Virus record (IMG/VR): IMGVR_UViG_2778261567_000003 | Source of the DNA: a virus | Taxonomy: Duplodnaviria; Heunggongvirae; Uroviricota; Caudoviricetes | Reading direction: 5' to 3' (one strand) | DNA: 5,864 nucleotides | Part shown: piece after piece, positions 1-5,460 of the stretch | Layout: each line of letters starts with the position of its first letter | Numbering within the stretch: position 1 is the first letter of the stretch | Program-made: the position numbers and the translations under genes | Notes under the pieces: generated by a model | Told to the model about the DNA's origin: nothing | Databases searched by the model: none | Seen by the model: the letters and a program-made list of their open reading frames with translations, nothing else

Positions 1-87
1 GGTGAAGGCGCGGCGCTGACAGAAAAACATATTAATGCGGCCTTTAAAGAGGTTTATACCAACCCTGAATTACTCTCGCAGGTGTGA
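1..87 (+). CDS. 3' end of an upstream CDS (partial, 28 codons then TGA); possibly the transposition ATPase B by synteny, unverified
   Basis: Frame 1 is open from position 1 to TGA at 85..87 (translation ...GEGAALTEKHINAAFKEVYTNPELLSQV*). Identity is inferred only from position upstream of the kil/gam region; too short to recognise. Confidence 0.35.
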   Translation, partial: GEGAALTEKHINAAFKEVYTNPELLSQV

Positions 88-89
88 TT

Positions 90-311
90 ATGGCTGTATT
101 TAATATTCCTGATATTTACGGACGCTTTTACCTGGTTAATTTCGATAACGTCAAAGCAGTCTCCATGTCTGACAGTGAAGAATGTGGCGATTTACTCTTT
201 GAATTTAATGATCGCACCCGAATGGCAATATCGGCAGGACTTGATCGTGAAGGTGCGAAAGAAGCTTACAGCAATATTTGTCGCTTTATCGGTGCAAGAC
301 GGGTTAGTTAA
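90..311 (+). CDS. hypothetical small early protein (73 aa); occupies the position of kil in Mu, identity unverified
   Basis: ATG at 90 preceded by AGGTG at 79..84; ORF runs to TAA 309..311. An alternative GTG start at 84 overlaps the upstream stop. No recognisable motif. Confidence 0.55.
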   Translation: MAVFNIPDIYGRFYLVNFDNVKAVSMSDSEECGDLLFEFNDRTRMAISAGLDREGAKEAYSNICRFIGARRVS

Positions 312-323
312 ACGAGAGGTTAT

Positions 324-743
324 ATGAAAATGCAGATACAGCAGGAAATCAATGTTCTCCACAGCTTTCGTGAGTTTAACAACAATGACTGTGAGGTTCG
401 TGATTATATCTATGAATTGATGAACGGTGACGGTGTGTGTTTTCTGTTTATCGACCTGTATCAATGGTATGCAGACCAGCAGTGTGAATCTGTCCGGCAG
501 CGTTTTGATTATGAGTGCTTTGATGTGGACGTATGGGAAGGCCTGCGTTTTGGTTTTCTGATCCCGGGTGATTATCGCCGGGAGTGGCGACATAGTTACT
601 CCATTCTTCGGGCAATCATGCGTGGCGAAACCCGAAAAATGCCGGGGATGGGTAAGGTTAATCGCGGCCTCCTGTTAGAGATAGCAGCGGCGCACATGAA
701 TCCATTACTGATACAACCGGAGTTTACTTATGAATTTGTTTGA
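324..743 (+). CDS. hypothetical protein (139 aa)
   Basis: ATG at 324 preceded by GAGAGG at 313..318; aromatic/acidic-rich translation; its 3' end overlaps the next start by 14 nt. Confidence 0.6.
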   Translation: MKMQIQQEINVLHSFREFNNNDCEVRDYIYELMNGDGVCFLFIDLYQWYADQQCESVRQRFDYECFDVDVWEGLRFGFLIPGDYRREWRHSYSILRAIMRGETRKMPGMGKVNRGLLLEIAAAHMNPLLIQPEFTYEFV

Positions 744-960
744 TTCACTGAATAACGCCCGTCGCCTGACCGAGCTTGCCGGTGCGGTACTGGAACGCAG
801 TAAGCGCTATCCGCAACGTTTTGCACTGAAAACCACGCCGCCGGTAGGCGAGGTTCAGGGGAGTGGTGAAGAAATTGAAATCACCGTTAAGACCAACGGC
901 CTGCGCCGCCGTGTGAAGGCCACCCGCATAAGCGGATGCACGGTTTACTGGGAAGTATGA
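730..960 (+). CDS. hypothetical protein (76 aa)
   Basis: ATG at 730 with GGAG at 719..722; start lies inside the 3' end of the previous gene (translational coupling). Confidence 0.55.
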   Translation: MNLFDSLNNARRLTELAGAVLERSKRYPQRFALKTTPPVGEVQGSGEEIEITVKTNGLRRRVKATRISGCTVYWEV

Positions 961-1034
961 AGTTACTTCATGGTTCGGCTCTGTCATCAGGCCAGACGCC
1001 GGGTCAGTTATCCGAACAAAACGAGGACCAGAGG

Positions 1035-1307
1035 ATGAGTAAAGTCGTACGCATTATTTTCGAATACAAGGAGCACGTTATCCATAAAAACGCTGATGGA
1101 ACAGTGCGCATGGGGGTAAGTCTGGACATACGTTCAACCGGGATAAAGCAGAAAGGTGATGGACCCGCCATGATTTTTGGGGTGGTTATGCTCGCGGAAA
1201 GCAGAGACTTTGCTGAACTTGTGGCAATGAAAGCCAGTGCGCTCATGAAAGATATGAGCATGCGTTCCGGGGTTATTAAAGGTAATGAATTTAATCAGCA
1301 GGGGTAA
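1035..1307 (+). CDS. hypothetical protein (90 aa), paralog 1 of a tandem pair
   Basis: ATG at 1035 with GAGGA at 1023..1027 (7-nt spacer). N-terminus MSKVVRIIFEYKEHV matches the N-terminus of the next gene (MSKVRVIFEFEHV), which supports this start over the in-frame ATG at 957. Confidence 0.6.
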   Translation: MSKVVRIIFEYKEHVIHKNADGTVRMGVSLDIRSTGIKQKGDGPAMIFGVVMLAESRDFAELVAMKASALMKDMSMRSGVIKGNEFNQQG

Positions 1308-1311
1308 TTCC

Positions 1312-1605
1312 ATGAGCAAAGTACGCGTTATTTTTGAATTTGAGCATGTTTCGCATGACGAAAAACCGGCAGGCAATGACAGTGTTGAAGTGCATGAAAA
1401 GATTGGAGTGGATGTGAAAACAGAACGTGATACGGATAACAGGCCGACGTCACTCTGTGACGTTTATGCAAGCATTCTCCAGTATCACAGTCCTGTAATT
1501 ATTCAGTTTCTCTCAGCGGAATTTCAGGCATCTGTACAGGCTTTTGGGGCGGATGCCATCATTAAACGCCACCGTGTGCATAAAGCATCAGGCACACTGC
1601 AATAA
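1312..1605 (+). CDS. hypothetical protein (97 aa), paralog 2 of a tandem pair
   Basis: ATG at 1312, 4 nt after the stop of the previous gene, with a G-rich SD (GGGG 1301..1304). N-terminal similarity to 1035..1307 at both protein and DNA level. Confidence 0.6.
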   Translation: MSKVRVIFEFEHVSHDEKPAGNDSVEVHEKIGVDVKTERDTDNRPTSLCDVYASILQYHSPVIIQFLSAEFQASVQAFGADAIIKRHRVHKASGTLQ

Positions 1606-1615
1606 GGAAAACAAA

Positions 1616-2146
1616 ATGGTTAAACGTGTTACAAAATTAAAGGCCGCAGCCGAGGCTGCACCGCAGACCCGCGAAGAAGTCAGCCGCGATATCCGCACCC
1701 TGGGCGATATTCAGCGAGAGGCGCTGCGCCTGGAAACGGCAATGAATGATGAAGTGGCAGAAATCACCGCCCGTTATACGCCGCAGATTGAAAACCTTAA
1801 AAAAGAAATCAAAGTGCTTTTTAAAGGGATTCATGACTGGTGTAAAACCAACCGCAATGAGCTGACGAACGGCGGCGAAACCAAAACTGCCAATCTGACC
1901 ACCGGAACGGTGTCATGGCGGCTGGGAAATCCATCATGCAGCGTCAGTCGTGATGTGGAAGGTGTGATTGAAATGCTGCGTCGTATGGGGCTTGAGCGCT
2001 TCATCCGCACGAAAGAGGAAGTGAATAAGCAAGCTGTCCTGGCAGAGCCGGATGCGGTGAAAGGGATTGCTGGTATTAAGGTGAATAAAGGCGCTGAAAG
2101 TTTTCATGTCGAGCCTTTTGAACAGGACGCCGGACTGAATAAATAA
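1616..2146 (+). CDS. gam: Mu Gam-like host-nuclease inhibitor (Ku-like DNA-end-binding protein), 176 aa
   Basis: ATG at 1616 with AAGGA at 1604..1608. The translation shares long collinear motifs with phage Mu Gam as I recall it (LGDIQREAxRLETxMND, NRxELTNGG, KTANLxTGxVSWR, GLxRFIRTK, PFEQxAG) and is almost the same length (Mu Gam is about 174 aa). Recognition is from memory, not a database hit. Confidence 0.88.
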   Translation: MVKRVTKLKAAAEAAPQTREEVSRDIRTLGDIQREALRLETAMNDEVAEITARYTPQIENLKKEIKVLFKGIHDWCKTNRNELTNGGETKTANLTTGTVSWRLGNPSCSVSRDVEGVIEMLRRMGLERFIRTKEEVNKQAVLAEPDAVKGIAGIKVNKGAESFHVEPFEQDAGLNK

Positions 2147-2230
2147 CACCGCATTAAATCTTTAAATATCACATCGTTTTAATTATGGCGCTTGCGTCAG
2201 GGGACTGCTCGCGCCTGAATGAGGCATATC

Positions 2231-2809
2231 ATGAGTATAAAATATCGTTATTTTAAAATGAATGAGCGCGATTCCCGTCATTATCACAGGGAATGGCTTG
2301 ATTGCGCTGGCAGGGAGTGCAAGAAATTGATTGATGATTTTCTCAGTAATCATAGAGCTAAAGGATACCTTTACTTCTGGTGTTGTGGGCATATTTTTGT
2401 CACATCAATACTGGTTCATGAGGATGTTGATGTCGGAAGAAATAAGCGGGTGCTGTCTGATAAATTTGATGAAGATGGCCGCGTTTTATTTTCAGTTAAG
2501 CCCGACCGCAGATTCAGAGAGGGAAAAAAACTGAACAAAGCACTGAATATCTTAAACGAGAAGTTAAAACAGCTTCCGTCATTCAGTACCTGGATGGTTA
2601 ATAAACTGGACTGCTATTTTGAGGTTTTTGGTGTCAGCAACGGCCGCACAGTTATGGCGTGCTCTTCTGCCGGGTTCTATGGCGACAAAGGGGCTGTTGT
2701 GGTTCGTATTCCTGTCGGTGAATCAGATAATGCCTTTTCCCCTGAAAAGCTGCATCCGTCATTGATGGCAATCAAGCATTCCGAATTCATCGCAATAACG
2801 GAGGAATAA
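2231..2809 (+). CDS. hypothetical protein (192 aa), first gene of a coupled four-gene cassette
   Basis: ATG at 2231 with GAGG at 2221..2224; preceded by an 84-bp AT-rich intergenic gap after gam. Sequence looks AT-richer than its neighbours by eye. No confidently recognised domain. Confidence 0.7.
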   Translation: MSIKYRYFKMNERDSRHYHREWLDCAGRECKKLIDDFLSNHRAKGYLYFWCCGHIFVTSILVHEDVDVGRNKRVLSDKFDEDGRVLFSVKPDRRFREGKKLNKALNILNEKLKQLPSFSTWMVNKLDCYFEVFGVSNGRTVMACSSAGFYGDKGAVVVRIPVGESDNAFSPEKLHPSLMAIKHSEFIAITEE

Positions 2810-2812
2810 TTC

Positions 2813-3346
2813 ATGATTGATGCAAAAGTGCTTGAAGGGGTTAAAAACTGGCTGCGTATTTACGGACGTCTGACCTGCGGTGTTCTGGCTGAAAAAATGA
2901 ATATGCCGCCATCCTCCATGGTTTATTTTCTGCGTGATGCGGTTGATGCAGGCGTGCTGACGGAATGTAACGGTTTTTATGATATTCCGCGTCCCCGCCC
3001 GGTGCAGCCGGTTCGTCGCAAATGCAGCCAGGAGTCTGCGGCTGATGATGTTCAGTGGTGCAGCTTCAGAAAATCCCTGCCGTGGATTGAAGGGCATGAT
3101 ATTCCGTCGATGGCGTGGGAATTTGCTCAGGGCGTGCTGACCTGTGAAACCGTTTATGTGGTGGCTGAAGTTGATGAGCAGGCCATGAAAGAAGGCGTGC
3201 CCCAGTTTGTGATGGCGTATATCGACATACGCCTGGGTGTCATTATCTGCGGTTTAAGCGGCTGGAATATCACCTCGCGCGTTCTGCGTTACCTGATTGT
3301 TGACCGGACGGCCGCGCCTGCCGGGATATCAGCGGAGGTGGCGTAA
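2813..3346 (+). CDS. hypothetical protein with N-terminal winged-helix-like DNA-binding region (177 aa)
   Basis: ATG at 2813 with GGAGGA at 2799..2804, 3 nt after the previous stop. The N-terminal ~55 aa (LEGVKNWLRIYGRLTCGVLAEKMNMPPSSMVYFLRDAVDAGVLTE) has the spacing and hydrophobic pattern of a winged HTH; the C-terminal ~110 aa is unrecognised. Confidence 0.7.
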   Translation: MIDAKVLEGVKNWLRIYGRLTCGVLAEKMNMPPSSMVYFLRDAVDAGVLTECNGFYDIPRPRPVQPVRRKCSQESAADDVQWCSFRKSLPWIEGHDIPSMAWEFAQGVLTCETVYVVAEVDEQAMKEGVPQFVMAYIDIRLGVIICGLSGWNITSRVLRYLIVDRTAAPAGISAEVA

Positions 3347-3861
3347 TGTTCTTTAAAACATCAAACCCTTCCGCGCTGGCCGCGTGGCAAAAATACCAGC
3401 AGGACTGCCAGACGGTAAAAGATGAGGCGAAACGCCTTGAGGCCGTGCTGAATGTTGCGTGCCGGTCGGTATTTGAATTCAGTATCAGTGGTTTTTGTTT
3501 TAAGGGACTGCGTTTTACGGAGGACAAATATCCTTTTCATCGTGATTTATGGCGAAAACCAACTGCGTCGAATGGCTGGAGCTGCACACCGCGCACATCA
3601 CGTATTCCCAAAGCCCTGCGCGTTGCCTCTGACGAACTTAACAGTCTGTGGCGTGAATATTCGCCCGTCACGTATGCCAGAACCGATGCACTGTTGTTCT
3701 GGCTGGGCATTGATTTCTCGGCAATCCTGTTTGGCCCTGTGGAGTGGTTCTGCGTTGACGATGTGATTTACCTTCAGTGCGGCGTAAAACCCGCAAAACA
3801 GAAAATGACCGAAATTCTGTCTGATGAGTTTTATGCTGCTGAAAAGCGAGTCAGGGGGTGA
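3346..3861 (+). CDS. hypothetical protein (171 aa)
   Basis: ATG at 3346 overlaps the TAA of the previous gene (TAATG), with GGAGGTG at 3334..3340. No recognisable motif. Confidence 0.65.
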   Translation: MFFKTSNPSALAAWQKYQQDCQTVKDEAKRLEAVLNVACRSVFEFSISGFCFKGLRFTEDKYPFHRDLWRKPTASNGWSCTPRTSRIPKALRVASDELNSLWREYSPVTYARTDALLFWLGIDFSAILFGPVEWFCVDDVIYLQCGVKPAKQKMTEILSDEFYAAEKRVRG

Positions 3862-3864
3862 TGC

Positions 3865-4416
3865 ATGATGATATTACAACCCATGGGGAGAAAAGGCCGT
3901 GCACCCGCTCATGTTCGCGCATGGACACCTGAAGAAGATGCGCTGCTGATTGCGCTTTATCCATCCACCCCGGTTAAGGATATTGCTGTCAGGATAAAAA
4001 GAAGTTTCTGGGGTGTACATAACCGGATTGTTTTATTACGCGGTACTTACCCGGAGTTGCTCAAATGCAAACGCCTCAGATTTAAACCTGATGAAGATAA
4101 ATTTATCCGAAAAAATGCCAGAACAATGACCGGTAAGCAAATAGGAGAATATCTGGGGCGAGACCGGGATTCTGTCCACAATCGGGCGCGATATATTGGC
4201 GTAAGCATGAAAAAATACGGAGAGTTGCTGCCCTTCACCCGTATACCTGACGATGATGTTCATCTTATTCGTGAATTACGGGATGCTGAATCACCACGAC
4301 GTCTTACCTTCCGGGAAATTGGCGAGAAATTTGAATTATCCGAGAGTACGGTGAGTTTTATTTATCACCATCGCCGGACTGCCGAAGATGTTGTATTACG
4401 GGAGTTAATGCCATGA
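3865..4416 (+). CDS. putative DNA-binding protein with three tandem HTH/Myb-like repeats (183 aa)
   Basis: ATG at 3865 (or 3868), 3 nt after the previous stop, G-rich SD 3854..3860. Internal repeats: WTPEEDALLIALYPSTPVKDIAVRIKRSFWGVHNRIVLL / KPDEDKFIRKNARTMTGKQIGEYLGRDRDSVHNRARYIG / IPDDDVHLIRELRDAESPRRLTFREIGEKFELSESTVSFIYHH. Confidence 0.7.
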   Translation: MMILQPMGRKGRAPAHVRAWTPEEDALLIALYPSTPVKDIAVRIKRSFWGVHNRIVLLRGTYPELLKCKRLRFKPDEDKFIRKNARTMTGKQIGEYLGRDRDSVHNRARYIGVSMKKYGELLPFTRIPDDDVHLIRELRDAESPRRLTFREIGEKFELSESTVSFIYHHRRTAEDVVLRELMP

Positions 4417-4529
4417 TAACGACATTATTTGTTGAATCAGATGAACCCCTTGTATGTGCCGCCGGAATGCCGGTCTGTGGCGGAACGCTGACCGGTGTTT
4501 ATTTCGGGGATTTGCGCGGTTATCCCTAG
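4413..4529 (+). CDS. possible micro-ORF (38 aa)
   Basis: ATG at 4413 overlaps the TGA of the previous gene (ATGA); GGAG at 4401..4404 with an 8-nt spacer. Translation MITTLFVESDEPLVCAAGMPVCGGTLTGVYFGDLRGYP. Below the size cut-off of the supplied ORF track; only the RBS and coupling geometry support it. Confidence 0.3.
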   Translation: MITTLFVESDEPLVCAAGMPVCGGTLTGVYFGDLRGYP

Positions 4530-4559
4530 CATTCACTGGATGACGCATTTCCGCCTGAT

Positions 4560-4745
4560 ATGGAGGCTGTCGTGCTGATTGTTCAGTATGGTGACCAACA
4601 GGAACTGCGCATCGGCCATATGGGGTATGAAGGCTTTTTTGTTGATGAAGAAACCGGAGCCTGCCTTGAAGATGAAGACGGACAGGTGACGCACTGGTGC
4701 CATATTTCATCTTTACCGGAATTACAGGAGACGCCCAATGGATGA
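4560..4745 (+). CDS. hypothetical small acidic protein (61 aa; may start at GTG 4572)
   Basis: Open frame with ATG at 4560; an internal GGAGG (4562..4566) precedes GTG 4572 and could instead be the RBS for that start. Its 3' end overlaps the next ORF by 8 nt. Confidence 0.45.
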   Translation: MEAVVLIVQYGDQQELRIGHMGYEGFFVDEETGACLEDEDGQVTHWCHISSLPELQETPNG

Positions 4746-4878
4746 TCAAATAGTTGAATGTCCCACCTGTGGAAATGAAGCCCCGGAGTATCTGAAAGAG
4801 TGCCCACATTGTGGTGAGGTAAAATGTAATCACTGCGATATGGGCGACGACACTGCATGTATGAATTGTGAGGATTAA
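4738..4878 (+). CDS. zinc-ribbon-like microprotein, 46 aa with four CxxC motifs
   Basis: ATG at 4738 with AGGAG at 4726..4730. Translation MDDQIVECPTCGNEAPEYLKECPHCGEVKCNHCDMGDDTACMNCED contains CPTC, CPHC, CNHC and CMNC. Not in the supplied ORF track (under 60 aa). Confidence 0.55.
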   Translation: MDDQIVECPTCGNEAPEYLKECPHCGEVKCNHCDMGDDTACMNCED

Positions 4879-4882
4879 TAAT

Positions 4883-5170
4883 ATGGAAAAAGAAATCAAA
4901 TTTGCGCCTATAGATATCGACGAAGAACTGGCTAAAATCGGCATGCCTGAACGTATGCGTGACATTATCGAATATGCGATAAAAGAAAATCTTGGAGCCA
5001 GAGAGGCACTGTCGATAATGGAGCGGGAAATTAATCTGATTAATGAAGCGGTTTCTCTGGAAAACAAAATAGCCCGCGAGGAATACGTTCGCCGCAGGCT
5101 TGGTGTTGATGGTTCAGCAATTCTTACATCTGAACATTATGCAAAAATTTTTAATCTTTTTTCGCGGTAA
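4883..5170 (+). CDS. hypothetical protein (95 aa)
   Basis: ATG at 4883 with GAGGA at 4870..4874; charged, helix-like translation (MEKEIKFAPIDIDEELAKIG...). Looks AT-rich by eye. Confidence 0.6.
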   Translation: MEKEIKFAPIDIDEELAKIGMPERMRDIIEYAIKENLGAREALSIMEREINLINEAVSLENKIAREEYVRRRLGVDGSAILTSEHYAKIFNLFSR

Positions 5171-5390
5171 TGCCCATGCAGGCCCGGAGATTGTCGAAAT
5201 GCCAGTTTGTATTAATATATGAGCCATCCTGGTGTCCCTCTGCGCTTTGGGGTGCGGCACTTTTTTGAGCAATATTGATAATATGTGTTGCCTCCTCACG
5301 GGAAATAACCCCCTTATCGAACAGGGTTACCATAAGATTTCCAGCCATTGTGAATGCGGCAACATCAAGGGCATTTTTTATATCTGACAT
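5151..5390 (-). CDS. hypothetical protein (79 aa) on the opposite strand to the rest of the operon
   Basis: Minus-strand ATG (5388..5390) is preceded by AAGGA with a 7-8 nt spacer. The region has no convincing + strand ORF. The N-terminal ~45 aa look protein-like (MSDIKNALDVAAFTMAGNLMVTLFDKGVISREEATHIINIAQK). Overlaps the 3' end of the + strand gene 4883..5170 by 20 nt. Confidence 0.4.
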   Translation of the reverse strand: MSDIKNALDVAAFTMAGNLMVTLFDKGVISREEATHIINIAQKSAAPQSAEGHQDGSYINTNWHFDNLRACMGITAKKD

Positions 5391-5418
5391 AGATTTTTCC
5401 TTTTATGTTAATTGACAT

Positions 5419-5446
5419 GGCGGTGCGGTAACACCGCCCATTTTTT
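5419..5446 (+). terminator. candidate rho-independent terminator or attenuator hairpin (+ strand)
   Basis: Perfect inverted repeat GGCGGTG (5419..5425) / CACCGCC (5432..5438) with a 6-nt loop, followed 2 nt later by TTTTTT (5441..5446). The stem can extend with a single-base bulge so the T-tract abuts it. On the minus strand the hairpin is followed by GTCAATT, so it is directional. Confidence 0.5.
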
Positions 5447-5460
5447 ATGGAGCCACGATA

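Noticed and set aside
936-1307. Longer version of the first paralog starting at ATG 936 or ATG 957 (ATGA overlap with the previous stop)
   Set aside because: The downstream paralog begins at an MSKV motif identical to the internal Met at 1035, which has a better SD (GAGGA, 7-nt spacer). The extension is plausible but less parsimonious; left as an alternative start.
2186-2215. Possible hairpin GGCGC...GCGCC in the gap between gam and the cassette
   Set aside because: Only a 5-bp stem with a 19-nt loop (the inner pairing is interrupted) and no following T-tract; not convincing as a terminator.
2400-2450. Nucleotidyltransferase-like signature in gene 2231..2809 (G-H-x10-D-V-D-V in CCGHIFVTSILVHEDVDVG)
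   Set aside because: It only loosely resembles the hG[GS]...[DE]h[DE]h motif: the GS/GG is replaced by GH, and I see no supporting downstream acidic strand or helical context. It cannot be distinguished from chance without profile or structure-based search.
2331-3766. Alternative-frame + strand ORFs 2331..2534 and 3452..3766
   Set aside because: Each is fully embedded in a longer, RBS-supported ORF in another frame (2231..2809 and 3346..3861), and their translations look low in complexity.
192-4858. Other minus-strand ORFs in the track (192..593, 745..987, 1004..1261, 1134..1376, 1637..1834, 1934..2149, 2183..2392, 2759..3097, 3270..3527, 4036..4263, 4047..4238, 4583..4858) and 5114..5299
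   Set aside because: All lie antisense within better-supported + strand genes (one inside gam), lack convincing RBS motifs, and several overlap each other in different frames.
4405-5067. Longest ORF in the track: a 220-aa minus-strand ORF
   Set aside because: Its translation is low-complexity (runs of S, I, R and P) with no RBS, and it lies antisense to several + strand ORFs that have SD motifs, including the clearly structured 4xCxxC zinc-ribbon ORF. Most likely an antisense shadow frame.
5412-5448. Sigma70 promoter built on the consensus TTGACA at 5412..5417
   Set aside because: No acceptable -10 hexamer at a 16-18 bp spacing; the nearest TA-rich hexamer (TTTTAT, 5443..5448) would need a spacer of about 25 bp. 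The TTGACA more likely just flanks the hairpin.
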